DNA of 64,000 nucleotides from Octopus vulgaris. Lineage: Eukaryota. Position numbers and translations under genes: made by a program. Under the pieces are notes generated by a model. It ran no database searches and was not told where the DNA came from. It saw only the letters and a list, made by a program, of their open reading frames with translations. Of the stretch, positions 38,247 through 49,792 are shown piece after piece. Position 1 is the stretch's first letter; every line of letters begins with the position of its first letter. The stretch covers positions 68,758,001-68,822,000 of the forward strand of contig OX597817.1 of assembly GCA_951406725.2 (NCBI GenBank), read 5' to 3'.

Positions 38247-39469
38247 TGTGTGTGTGAACTTAATCCTCTGGCTACATTTCATAACTGAACAAAACATTGT
38301 TAAATGGTGCAAGATGTCCTGATTTGACAGGCAAGGGTGGCATTGAGGTAAGTCTCAGTAAAGAAGAAAAATATTTTGTATCATAATGATTATGTTAGTA
38401 TAGACATATTTAACACAGGGTGCATTAAAAAGCCAATGAGGCTTTTGTTACCTGTTTCAGTCATTAGACTCCAGCTATAAGGAGAAGGGAAGAAAAAAAC
38501 AATTAACTCAAAATTATTGACTGATATTATTGTTAATTATATTATGTTCTGATTTGCCAGACCTCAGTCAAATCGTCCAACCCATGCTAGCATGGAAAGC
38601 GGACGTTAAATGATGATGATGATGATGATGATGATGTTCAGGAGAATAATTCTGGACATGTTTTGGTATCATTTAGCCTCCTCAACAAAATGAATACCTT
38701 ACCATATTTACTAGAGTAAAGTAGAAATATTCAGTGAATAAATTACATTGTATAACAAAATTTTAATATTTTTTTTTTGTCTTTGATCAGTAAGTGGTAT
38801 TTCCTATTTGCTTCTCTAGAAATCAAAGGACATGATTACTATTCCCTTCAAACTTTTCTTTTGTGATTTGGACATTAATGCTTTGAAACTGACCAATTTT
38901 CCATTACATTTCAGTCAGATTCAGCATTGAGTTGCTGAAGCAGAAATATCATTACAACAAATCTTCTGCTCAATACTACAAATATGCTTGTCAGTTGCTT
39001 GACCATAACCAATAGAGCATGTCCCTTAGTAGCTGGCAATATATGTATCTCTAATCATGAGCAGGGGTAGTGGTGGAGCATCATAGCCTTGTGTTGAGAG
39101 AGATTCTTTGGGGTTTGAATAAATGTGACAAAAGCAAAGTTTGAAGGAAATATTAGCTATTTTTCATACTTTCAAGAGGTAAGCAAATAAGAAATAACAG
39201 TTGTTACCAAAGGACACAAATCGTATTTCACAGTGTTAGTCTTAGATGCCAATTATGGTAAAAGCTTCATATTTTATCTCTTTATTTCTAGAGGAAAGAC
39301 ATAATTTCATTGTGGAGCAAAACAGTGACTTGTATACCTGAAAAGCCAGAGGTGCTCGTTTTCACACCTTAAATTGTTGCTTACAAATATGTAGGTTAAG
39401 CTTGATGATAAAATATTAGCTATTATCAGTGACAGAAGCAGTATTAATACCATAAGACAATTTAATCTT

Positions 39470-39720
39470 TATTAATCTCTGGCCGTTGATTAAATAAATA
39501 TTTGTTGCACTGACAAGACCATGGAATCAGGTGAAACAACTCCAGTGTTAAGCTGCCCAGCTGTCTCTGCAGCTCTCCTGCAGAGAGAACGTATGTCAGA
39601 TGCTTGGAACTAACTTTGGGATGTTTTGTCAGAGTGCCAATCACTGCAGTATTTACCTTGAGAGGAACTCTCATAAGGACACGGTTCCAGCTCTCTTAGC
39701 AGCCAATTATTGTCTGCCAA
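39470..39720 (-). mobile_element. Possible RLE-type LINE 3' relic
   Basis: VNTAVIGTL...KHLT...GELQRQ weakly parallels PVVIGALG...YLT...AEVQK of the intact ORF. Confidence 0.3.
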
Positions 39721-40083
39721 TGATATAAATATGGGTGTTTTGATACACCATATGTCTATTTAAGAGGTGTTCTCAAGGTGAATATAATAGCATTTGGCAT
39801 TGTACAAAAGCATCCACATTAAGTTGGATATACGGATTGCCTTTTATAAGCTGTTAATTAATAATTTATTTATAAACTGCTGGTGGTGATTCATTTTAGG
39901 CACAAGTAAAGCAGTGTAGTTAAAATGTTTGTTTTGCAACCAAATGGCTTTGGGTTCAGTCCCATAAATGCAGCACCTTTGGTGTCTTCTACTATAGCCA
40001 CTGGTTGACCAATGCATTGTAGAGAGAACCCATCATATATGTGTGTGTGTGTGTGTGTGTGTGCGTGTGTGTGTGCATGTGTG

Positions 40084-40148
<65 letters not shown>

Positions 40149-42313
40149 GAGTGCATGTGTGTGTGTACATGCATGTTTCCCTACTAGTTCACAACTAGTT
40201 TTGGTTTATTTACAGGCTGATAATGTAGCAGTTCAACAAAAGTGATTAAAAACTACCAGAGATTTAAAACGAGGACTGGGGTCGATTTGTCCAACTAGCC
40301 TGACAAGGTGGTGTTCCAGCATGGCAGCGGTCCAATGAATGAAAGTAAAAGAGCAAAAGCGTAAATCTCAAAGAACCAAGGAGGGTTTATATCTTTTGCG
40401 TTAGGTGTAAGTAGAAGAAAATACAACTCAATTTGTTTAAGTTACTGGTGTGGTTCTTTTTTATATTGTTTTTGTCTGGAAGAAGAGATTGTTCCTATGC
40501 TCCTTGCATTCACAGCAAGATCAGTGAGATCAATTTGTTAACATTCTCTTTGACCAGATCAATTTCTTAGCATTTTCTTTGAACAACTGCAAATCAACAG
40601 CTGCAGGAAAGAAAAAAAACAAAAAAGGCATATGCAGGGATGGAAATTCAGAAGATGAAAGCTCTGGGGAGAGAAAAACAAAAAAAAAAATGTGTGCGAT
40701 AGTTAGTGCTCGGTATGAGAAGGGTGAAGTAGATAGAAAATGGGGGAATGATTGGAAGAAAGGCGAATGAGTTGGTAATTCCTGAATGGAGGTGACATGA
40801 GACGACCTAACTCTGAAGAGGTAGAAGCTGTAGTAGTAGCAGTAGAAAAAGCAGAGAGAGGGGGGGAAGATAGGTAGGGGGAAAGAGAGAGAGAGGGGGA
40901 GGAAGATAGGTAAGGGGAAAGAGAGAGAGAGGTGGGGAAGAGGATGGAGAGACAGAGAGTGAGAGAGTATCTGTGGATTAATCAATCAGGGTTGTATTTC
41001 TTTGAATGGAGCCCAGGATGTCTGTGTGTATGTTGTAAGATTATAGACAAAAATCTAGAAAGAAAAGAAGAAAGAGAAAGAGAGAAAGAACGAGAAAGAG
41101 AAAAAGAAAGAAAGAAAGGGAAGACACTTTGGAAATATTAACTTTAATATAACTTTCAAAACACTTTCAAATGTAATTATAGTATATTACTTGTTGCTCT
41201 TACTGCTAAAGTTATTAACTTTGCCATTTCCGTTATATTCCAAATTCATCCAATTATCTCCCACAGACTTTACGGTGTTAATTTAACCATTGTCTCCTGA
41301 CACATGATCTGTACTGCCTTAGTAACTCCCTGACAAGCAAGCATAAATGCTGCTTAAATCCAATAAGAAACTGATGCCACCAGAACATAGTTAACATGAA
41401 AGACGGGAGAGATTGGATTGGAGTGAAATATTCACACTCTAAAGTGAGAAATAGTCTAACCTAACGAAATTACTAATTGACAATCACTGGAAACAGGTTC
41501 TCATGTTGATCAGTTGGTCAGTTGTTTGTGGCTCCTTGACAATTCTTTGATAGCCTCTCAACATTGTTAACTTTGGAGACTGACAGTGTAAAGTAAGAAG
41601 GCCAAAGATTAACACTACTAGGTCACTTCATTATCATTTGTTTCAATACAGAAAATTGCACTTCCACAGACAAGCAACTCCTTTTCTGTATTATGAGCTA
41701 CTGAGTTAATCACTGCATGGACATAAAACCTACTAGAAATAGCAGCTAATTTTCTCTTAAATCAAACCCTACCATCACCATCCAAAATTACAATTTCTTT
41801 TTCTACATTGAGTAACACAGCACAAGGTATACAAGACAAAAATACTTATGAAGAATAAAACAAAAGGGTCATAGCTGAAATCTGTTCAATCAGAGCAATT
41901 TAGGATAAATTAACAGCCTCATTATACCATCTTAACTTGGTAGAGCCCTTTTCTCTCCAGGTATACTAAATAAAACACCAGAGAGTAAGGCAAAAAAAAA
42001 AAGCTGCATTAATGAGGGAATAATGTCCTCTATCTGAACAGTCTACAAGTGAATTATGGTTATTGCCAGCGCTAGTGACACATAAAAGGCACCCATGCTA
42101 GTGACATGTAAGAAAACACCCAGTACATTCTATAGAGTGGTTGGCATTAGAAAGGGCATCCAGCTGTAGAAACCAAGCCAAAACAGACAACTGAATCTGG
42201 TACAGCTCTCCAGCTTACCAGTTCCAGTCAAACTGTCTAACCCATGCCAGCATCGTAAATGGACGTTAAATGATGATAATGATTTCTTTTGTTTACAAAA
42301 TATATTAAAACAA

Positions 42314-42712
42314 AGGCACAGGAAAGGCTGTGTGGTAAGTAGCTTGCTTACCAACCTCATGGTTCCGGGTTCAGTCCCACTGCATGGTACCTTGGGCAAG
42401 TGTCTTCTACTATAGCCTCAAGCCGACCAAAGCCTTGTGAATAAATTTGGTAGATGGAAACTGAAAGAAGCCCGTCGTATATATGTATATGTATATAAAT
42501 ATGTGTATGTGTTTGTGTGTCTGTGTTTGGTCCCCCAACATCGCTTGACAACCAATGCTGGTGTGTTTACATCCCTGTAACTTAGTGGTTCGGCAAAATA
42601 GACTGATAGAATAAGTACTAGGCTTACAAAGAATAAGTCCTGGGGTTGATTTGCTCGACTAAAGGTGGTGCTCCAGCATGGCCATAGTCAAACAATTAAA
42701 AAAGTAAAAGAG
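42314..42712 (+). mobile_element. SINE family A, full length
   Basis: Colinear with 37202-37603. Confidence 0.9.
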
Positions 42713-42757
42713 TTAAGGCAGTATATTTCAAGAGAAATATAATAATAAAAATGTTAA

Positions 42758-43211
42758 CGCTTTTGTTACTGTTTTTCTTTGTTTCAATTAGTTTTGTAAA
42801 TAAGGAATGTATTAAAATAACTTTGTCATTATTAAGCTGGTATCCAGAACATAGATTAATATGAGATTTTAATAGAAGGTTTTAATTAAGACATCAAGCT
42901 GGCAGAAACGTTAGCATTCCAGGCGAAATGCTTAGCGGTATTTCATCTGTCTTTACATTCTGAGTTCAAATTCCGCTGAGGTCGACTTTAACTTTAATCC
43001 TTTCAGGGTCGATAAATTAAGTACCAGTTATACACTGGGGTTGATGTAATCGACTTAATCCCTTTGTCTGTCCTTGTTTGTCCCCTCTATGTTTAGCCTC
43101 TTGTGGGCAATAAAGAAATAGGAAGGTTCTAATTAAGATCATTTTAAAACAGGTGGTTTGAGGCATAGAAACAAAGGAAATTTAATTTCAAGCAGGCTGC
43201 TATGAAAAGGG
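42758..43211. mobile_element. Related piggyBac-type MITE interrupted by a SINE
   Basis: TTAA-CGCTTTTGTTAC start and ...AAAAGGG-TCAA end. Internal similarity to 5717-5937. SINE at 42892-43121. Confidence 0.7.
42892..43121 (+). mobile_element. tRNA-derived SINE family B (Nin/Deu-like central domain) with 17-bp TSD
   Basis: AGCTGGCAGAAACGTTAG...GAGTTCAAATTCC...ATCCTTTCAGGGTCGATAAATTAAGTACCAG. TSD GAAGGTTTTAATTAAGA (42875-42891) / GAAGGTTCTAATTAAGA (43122-43138). Confidence 0.88.
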
Positions 43212-43213
43212 TC

Positions 43214-43251
<38 letters not shown>

Positions 43252-43854
43252 CTGCCTCACAAAATCTAAGAATTTGACCCCAAGAACAATTTGAACATGA
43301 AACCATCAATACGGAAATCAATCCCAGTTTAGTGTTAAACATGTCTGAAGCAATTTCCTCCTTGTCTTTTGCAGAAGTGCTTCATTTGTTGAGTGTTGCT
43401 GTATTGATTGCTTTGACTAACTAATTCCTTTGCATACTCGAGCAAGATTTTTAAATATGTATGTATTTTCAGAGACAGTTATCATCTCTAACAGCTCACT
43501 GTCCAATCTCTGTTGTGCTGAGACTACAAATTCTCTCCTCGCTATTAATCTTTGTGGAGGAAGAGTTAAGAGAAGACTCAACATAAGCAATCAATAAAAT
43601 AATGATAAAAAAAAAAAAGAAAATCTGCAAGATGAGAGAGCATAGAAATAAATATGTATAAAACATCTCAGAAGCTGCAGTGTTCATTGACAGCTTATGT
43701 AGCAGACAAGCTTATAATGTCTAAAACTTTGTGGCCTGCTTAGAATAGCACTTATTCTTCAATGATGATGATGATGATGATAATGATGATAATAACAGCA
43801 TAGAAACTAATTTTGTACATGTGTGCTTGTGTTGATCATGGACTTCATGCAAAG

Positions 43855-44224
43855 TGACCAGATATTATTGTTCTAGACAAGAGGGAATAAGAGAGTGCAA
43901 CGTCATAGATGTGGGTATGCATATAGGGGTCAAAGAACAAGAGAAAACAGCAAAATACCAGGATTTGGTTAGGGAAATACAAAGACTATGGAGGGTTTCT
44001 ACAAAAGTTCTCTCAGTTGTCTTAGGTACCTGAGGCACCATCACCAACAGACTTCACAGTTTCATTATTGAAATTGATGTAACTATGATAGTTGTATTAT
44101 TTCAGAAATCTGTTCAACTTGGAACAGCAAGGATCGTGAGAAAGGTCCTCAGTATCTAAGGAAACTGGTTGCGACTCAGTATCAAGGAGATTGATTCTGA
44201 ATGCAGACCATTCATGCACACCAT
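43855..44224 (+). mobile_element. 3' fragment (RLE domain + 3' UTR) of an older, divergent R4/Dong-like element
   Basis: Disrupted translation PDIIVLDK...VIDVG...KEQEKTAKYQDLVREIQRLWRVSTKVLSVVLGT*GTI...FQKSVQLGTARIVRKVLSI* parallels the C-terminus of the intact ORF. Ends in (AAT)n. Confidence 0.85.
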
Positions 44225-44252
44225 TAATAATAATGATAATAATAATAATAAC

Positions 44253-44305
<53 letters not shown>

Positions 44306-44307
44306 TG

Positions 44308-44338
<31 letters not shown>

Positions 44339-44340
44339 TG

Positions 44341-44372
<32 letters not shown>
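44224..44372 (+). repeat. (AAT)n microsatellite, ~50 units with GAT/AAC variants
   Basis: Seen directly. Target and tail of the R4/Dong elements. Confidence 0.98.
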
Positions 44373-44375
<3 letters not shown>

Positions 44376-47300
44376 CGTGATACACTTCCTAAAATGGATG
44401 AGCGTGATACACTTCCTAAAATCCGCAACTCTAACCAAAACATGAAAATAATTGGTAAAATCCGGCTTGCACTTAAGGATATAATTTCAGTTAATGATGT
44501 TGATATCACAAACCTCAACCACCTATACTATGCATCCGCGAAAATCTCAACGATCCTATGTGGTGTAAAGATTAGAAAACGGCAACAGTCCCACAAAAAG
44601 CCTTCTTGGCAAGAGCGTCTGCAACAACAAATTAAAATATTTAGATCTGACATTGAATATTTGAAAAACCTTAAGGCTCACAAGATTACCAAACCTACAA
44701 AAACCCCAAAATTACTGAAAAAATACAATATGAAAACTATACTTGATATTGATGCCACCATAGAAACCATCAAACAAAAGGTATCTGCCAAAGCTGCCCG
44801 CATAGCGAGGTATGAAAAGCGTGTTAGATTTTTCAAGGACAACAACATGTTCAAAAATAACACCAAGAATTTTTACAGGAAGATAGGAAAAACAGCGTTT
44901 ACTGCAGGGTCTGTACCATCAAAAGAAGAAGTGCAGAGATTTTGGAATAAAATCTGGGCAGAAGAAAAAACACACAACGAAAAGGCCCCCTGGATTGACA
45001 GAATATCTACAGAACTGGACCCCTTAGAAGAGCAAAAGTGGGAGGGTGTCAAGGTAGAAGATATAAGATCTGCTCTCAGGAGGTCAAGCAAATGGAAGTC
45101 TCCAGGAAAGGATAAAATTCCTAACTTCTGGCTGAATGCCTTCCCAGAGAGCCATGAACTGCTAACAGAACTGTACAATGATGTTTTGCAACACTCTAGT
45201 AGGATGCCTCCTTGGCTAGTTAATGGGTTAACATTCCTGCTTCCAAAAAGTGAAGAAACAAATGAACCAAAAAACTATAGACCCATAACCTGCTTAACAA
45301 CTATGTACAAAACACTAACATCTGTCCTGACGGAATATACCTATAGTTTTTTAACAGACAGCAGCATATTCCCTAATGAACAGAAAGGATGTAAACGTGG
45401 ATCCTACGGCTGTAAAGACCAACTACTCATCAATAAGATGATCTTAGAAGATTGTCACAAACGACACAAAAACTTATCAATAGCCTGGATAGACTATAAA
45501 AAGGCTTTTGATAGCCTACCACATAGCTGGATTAGGAAATGCCTTGAAATGTATAAGATAGCACCAACTCTGCGAAACTTCTTGACTGTAAGTATGAGAT
45601 CATGGAGAACCACACTAACTCTGAACAGTGACAGTGAATCCCTAAATGCTGGTGATGTAAAAATTTCGTGTGGCATTTTCCAGGGTGACTCACTGTCACC
45701 ACTCCTCTTTTGTTTATCCTTAATACCTCTCTCAAAGCTGCTCAATGATGCGCAGTACGGGTATAAAATGTTTGATAAAAATATAAATCATCTCGTTTAC
45801 ATGGATGATTTAAAGCTTTTTGCAAAAAATGATCAACAACTCAAGGGCTTACTAGCGATAGTCAAACAATTCAGTGATGACATCAGAATGCAATTCGGCC
45901 TCGATAAATGTGCAAAGGCTACCTTTATCAAAGGAAAAATGACAGAAACATCTAACGTTAACCTTGACCAACAGAATGTCATAAAAGAACTAGACCCAGC
46001 GGAGAGCTACAAGTACCTAGGGATAATTGAAGGGAACGGAATAAGGCATTCAGAGATGAAGGAAAGGATCAGGAGAGAATGCTATCGAAGAGTGAGAGCA
46101 ATACTCAAGACAGAGCTGAATGCAAGAAACAGGATCGAAGCAATCAATGCATTAGCTATACCAGTCGTGACTTACAGTTTCAATATTGTTAACTGGTCAA
46201 TTACTGAAATATGTCAGCTCGACAGAAAAATAAGGAAACTGTTGACAATGCATAGAATGCACCACCCTAAGGCAGATACAGAACGACTCTATCTGCCAAG
46301 AAAAGAGGGAGGCCGTGGTCTTTTGCAACTGGCAATAACAATGAAGATTGCTACAATTGGCCTAGACACCTACCTGAAAAACTCTGAGGACTGGATGCTA
46401 AAACTTGTCTCAAAACATGAAAACAAGAAAGCATCATACTCAGTCACAAAACAGGCAAAGGAATATCTAAGTGAATTCCGAATACAACCAATTTCGAAAT
46501 TAGAGATAGATATACAAGAAACAAGCACAGAAAAAGCTAGGCGCATGAAAACCCGTGCCAAAACTGCGGCCTTAGATATTCTGAATAATAAATGGCAAGA
46601 AAAACCTCTCTATGGCAAATACCCAAAGAGAGCGAATAATGCAGATATCGACAAAGCCCTGACCCATCAATGGCTAATGGCCTCTGGCTTAAAATCTGAA
46701 ACAGAGGGGTTTATCATAGCAGCTCAAGATCAATGCCTACCAACAAGAAACTACCAGGCCAACATATTAAAGATCAGAAGCAGTCCAACGTGTCGTGTAT
46801 GCAAGCAACAAAATGAAACCACTGACCATGTGGTCTCCAAGTGCAGTCTTCTAGCGCCTACAGAGTATCTCAACAGGCACGATAGAGCTGCACAATATAT
46901 TCACTGGGTAATCTGTAAAAACCTGGATTTGCCCCATGAAAAAAACTGGTGGGAACACAAACCACCCCCAGTGCTTGAAAATGACCACATCTCACTCCTC
47001 TGGAACTTCACCATTCAAACTGACAGGAAGATAGATGCAAATAGGCCAGACATCATATTGAAAAACTTCACACAAAGAACATGCCTCCTCATTGATATGA
47101 CTGTCCCAATCAATATAAACGTATCTGTCAAGACCTACCAAAAACTGAGCAAATATAAAGATCTTGAAATAGAAATCAGCAAAATGTGGAAGCTGAAGAC
47201 TAAAACAATACCTGTTGTCATAGGTGCCCTGGGAATGATAGCAAAAGGGGCTGATAGCTACCTAACTCAGATACCAGGAAACCCAAAAATGGCAGAAGTT

Positions 47301-47571
47301 CAAAAGATAGTGCTCATGGGAACTGCTCATATCCTACGCAAAATACTCTCTATGTAATCTCAAGGTTTAAAACAAACATAATTTTCGGTTTAAAAAAAAA
47401 AAAAAAAAATTTTTTTTTTTTTAGACATTCATTAGTACAACATCCCCACCCCCCAAATATATGGCACACTAGGCATAACAACAACATGAACTTCCAACCC
47501 TGTTGTCTCTTGAGGTCTCTGGGTGAGACTTGGAGCCAACTTGTACAAATATAAAGCAAAAGTCAAACATA

Positions 47572-47572
<1 letters not shown>
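44371..47572 (+). mobile_element. Young R4/Dong-type LINE copy inserted in (TAA)n
   Basis: Intact ORF, ~215 bp 3' UTR (47358-47572), (AAT)n on both sides (44224-44372 and 47573-47613). TAA-repeat targeting is the known behaviour of Dong. Confidence 0.9.
44394..47357 (+). CDS. Non-LTR retrotransposon protein, R4/Dong clade (reverse transcriptase + CCHC zinc knuckle + restriction-like endonuclease), 987 aa from ATG 44394, probably 5'-truncated
   Basis: Stop-free frame with RT motifs KWKSPGKDKI, NYRPITCLTTMYK, EQKGCKRG, IAWIDYKKAFDSLPHSW, GIFQGDSLSPLLF, HLVYMDDLKL (YMDD 45798-45809) and YKYLG. These are followed by RLYLPRKEGGRGL, CRVC-x8-H-x4-C, RHD and the RLE motif NRPDII...IDMTVP...KLSKYKDL. 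No APE domain. Confidence 0.95.
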   Translation: MDERDTLPKIRNSNQNMKIIGKIRLALKDIISVNDVDITNLNHLYYASAKISTILCGVKIRKRQQSHKKPSWQERLQQQIKIFRSDIEYLKNLKAHKITKPTKTPKLLKKYNMKTILDIDATIETIKQKVSAKAARIARYEKRVRFFKDNNMFKNNTKNFYRKIGKTAFTAGSVPSKEEVQRFWNKIWAEEKTHNEKAPWIDRISTELDPLEEQKWEGVKVEDIRSALRRSSKWKSPGKDKIPNFWLNAFPESHELLTELYNDVLQHSSRMPPWLVNGLTFLLPKSEETNEPKNYRPITCLTTMYKTLTSVLTEYTYSFLTDSSIFPNEQKGCKRGSYGCKDQLLINKMILEDCHKRHKNLSIAWIDYKKAFDSLPHSWIRKCLEMYKIAPTLRNFLTVSMRSWRTTLTLNSDSESLNAGDVKISCGIFQGDSLSPLLFCLSLIPLSKLLNDAQYGYKMFDKNINHLVYMDDLKLFAKNDQQLKGLLAIVKQFSDDIRMQFGLDKCAKATFIKGKMTETSNVNLDQQNVIKELDPAESYKYLGIIEGNGIRHSEMKERIRRECYRRVRAILKTELNARNRIEAINALAIPVVTYSFNIVNWSITEICQLDRKIRKLLTMHRMHHPKADTERLYLPRKEGGRGLLQLAITMKIATIGLDTYLKNSEDWMLKLVSKHENKKASYSVTKQAKEYLSEFRIQPISKLEIDIQETSTEKARRMKTRAKTAALDILNNKWQEKPLYGKYPKRANNADIDKALTHQWLMASGLKSETEGFIIAAQDQCLPTRNYQANILKIRSSPTCRVCKQQNETTDHVVSKCSLLAPTEYLNRHDRAAQYIHWVICKNLDLPHEKNWWEHKPPPVLENDHISLLWNFTIQTDRKIDANRPDIILKNFTQRTCLLIDMTVPININVSVKTYQKLSKYKDLEIEISKMWKLKTKTIPVVIGALGMIAKGADSYLTQIPGNPKMAEVQKIVLMGTAHILRKILSM

Positions 47573-47613
<41 letters not shown>

Positions 47614-47614
<1 letters not shown>

Positions 47615-49020
47615 CCATTCTATGAATAAATGGTAGACAGTGCTACAGCTCCAAACAAAAGAGGAACTTGTAAAAAAACAAAGCCATCCCCATTAGAAGA
47701 GGAATATTCCAAGGAGACACACTCTCTCCACTCCTTTTCTGCTTGGCACTGATACCTTTATCTAACATGCTAAACAGAACTGGAAGCAGATACAACTGTT
47801 ATGGCAAAACAATCAGCCACCTCTTATATATGGATGACCTAAAACTGTGTGCTACAAATGATAAACAGCTGGAAACATTATTATGGAGATTACATGGATT
47901 TACCAAAGACATATGAAATTTGGCTTAAAAAAAATGTACCAAAGCAACCTTGAAAAGAGGAAAACTAGTTAAGAGTAGCAACATCACACTAGATAAAGCA
48001 AATGAAATAAGAGAATTAGACCAAAACTAGACATATAAATATTTAGTAATCAATGAACTAGATATGATACAACATACAAATGAAAGAGAAGATAAAAAAA
48101 GAGTACTATAGATGAGTTAGATTAATACTGAAAACAGAGCTCAATGTGAAAAACAAGATAATAGGTATCAACACTTTAGCCATCTCAGTTATAAGTTACA
48201 GCTACAATATCCTTAGCTGGACATTAAATGAACTAATCAAAATAGACAGGAGAACAAGAAAAATAATGATAGGATTCAGGATTCAACACCCAAAATCTGA
48301 CATAGAAAGGTTATATATACAATGTATAGAAGGTGGTAGAGGCCTTATACAGCTAGAAAAATACTACAAAGTAACCATCATAGGACTACAGAAATACCTA
48401 CTTCAGAAGCAAGGAAAACTAATACAAATAGCCACAGAACACGAATAAAACAAAAAACTGTTTTCAGTATTTAAGGAAGCTGACAAATACAAACAAGAAA
48501 TCACACTATCTGACAACTATGAAGAAAAAGAAGAAACAACAAAAGCTGTAAAACGAATGAAATCCAAACTAATACTAGAACAGCAACAGATCATGATAAA
48601 ATGATGGCAAGAAAAGCCCCTTCATGGCAAATACTGGGTTAAACTAAATGTAAAAGAAATAAACAAGGCAAAATACCAACAATGGCTGAGAAGCCCAGGG
48701 CTTAAAGCAGAGACTGAAGGATTTTTAATTGCAGCACAAGACCAAAGCCTCCACACCAGAAATTACCAAAAACATATGATGAAATGACGCATAACAAGTA
48801 ACTGCAGAATATGTGGAGATGGACAAGGAATAACAAATCATATTGTCTCTGGTTGCTCAGTCCTGGCTAAGAAGGAATATATTCACAGACACAACAAAGT
48901 TGGGACCTACATACACTGTAAGCTATGCCAACACTATGGAATAACAATAGAAAAAGATGCTATAAGCAGATGCCAGAAAAGGTCACAGAAAATGAGAAAG
49001 CAACAATACTATGGGATAGA
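47614..49020 (+). pseudogene. Decayed, doubly truncated R4/Dong RT (different subfamily)
   Basis: RRGIFQGDTLSPLLFCLALIPL, HLLYMDDLKL, HPKSDIERLYIQCIEGGRGLIQL, LKAETEGFLIAAQDQSL, CRICGD...HIVSGC and ENEKATILWD, with stops and frameshifts. Starts right after the TAA run. Confidence 0.93.
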
Positions 49021-49027
49021 GAAATAT

Positions 49028-49572
49028 GAGTATATTGGGCTTCATATAATTGTACCCCAGTCTCACTGTGATGGCATGCACTACTCTCACTCAATAATAA
49101 CAATGGGCTACAGCAAATATTCTGCTTAATACAACAGATTTGGTTCTCAGTTATTTGACCATAACCAGTTGAACATGTCCCTTAGTGGCTGATGATATGT
49201 GTATCTCTGATCACGAGCAGAGGTAGTGGGGGAGCATCATAGCCATGTGTTGAGAGGAATTCTTTGGGGTTTGAATAACTCACCTTTGGAAATATGGGTG
49301 TTTCATTTAATATACTTACACAACCCTTATTCAGGGACCTTTTGTGTGGGATGGGATACTTGACCTGAAGAAAATTCGAACTGGGCTGCACCTGTAAGGT
49401 CATGTGCAGTTTATCTTGATATGAGATCACCATGTTGCGCACATGTGCTTGTGATGCATGTGTTTGGTGTACCCTTATCAGACGGGTAATCATGATAGGT
49501 ATACTGGACTTCATGTATTTTACCGCAGTGTCACTTTGATGGCATTTATTGCTCTCTCACTCAATAATAATA
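49028..49572 (+). mobile_element. Two tandem family D copies (short 3' end 49028-49092; longer copy 49103-49562)
   Basis: Both end CTCTCACTC-AATAATAA, immediately downstream of the decayed R4 RT. Confidence 0.8.
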
Positions 49573-49792
49573 ATTACAATTATTATTATTATTATTATCG
49601 TAATAGCTGGAGGTGTGTTTTTGGAGCACTGTAAGTTTATGATTAATTCACTTGTTTAAAAGGTTCTATACTGTATTTTGTTGTTTAAATCATTTTGTAA
49701 CCAGCTGTCCTTCCATGAGGCTGACATTTGTTAACCAAGAGTAATACAAACCCTTTTGTCTTCAAATTTCTTTGAAAATTTGCTTTGAAGAA

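Noticed and set aside
40850-40960. G-rich ~33-bp duplicated purine tract (G4/H-DNA candidate) and the 151-aa minus ORF over it
   Set aside because: Ordinary low-complexity GA repeat. The only informative part of the ORF is a LINE 3' fragment.
44169-44393. N-terminal 75 aa (poly-Asn) of the 1062-aa ORF as genuine protein
   Set aside because: It derives from the older element's 3' UTR plus the (AAT)n target, and the track's start is a TTG. Kept only as a read-through hypothesis.
44678-46561. Several antisense ORFs inside the LINE
   Set aside because: Short shadows of the sense ORF with no recognisable motifs.
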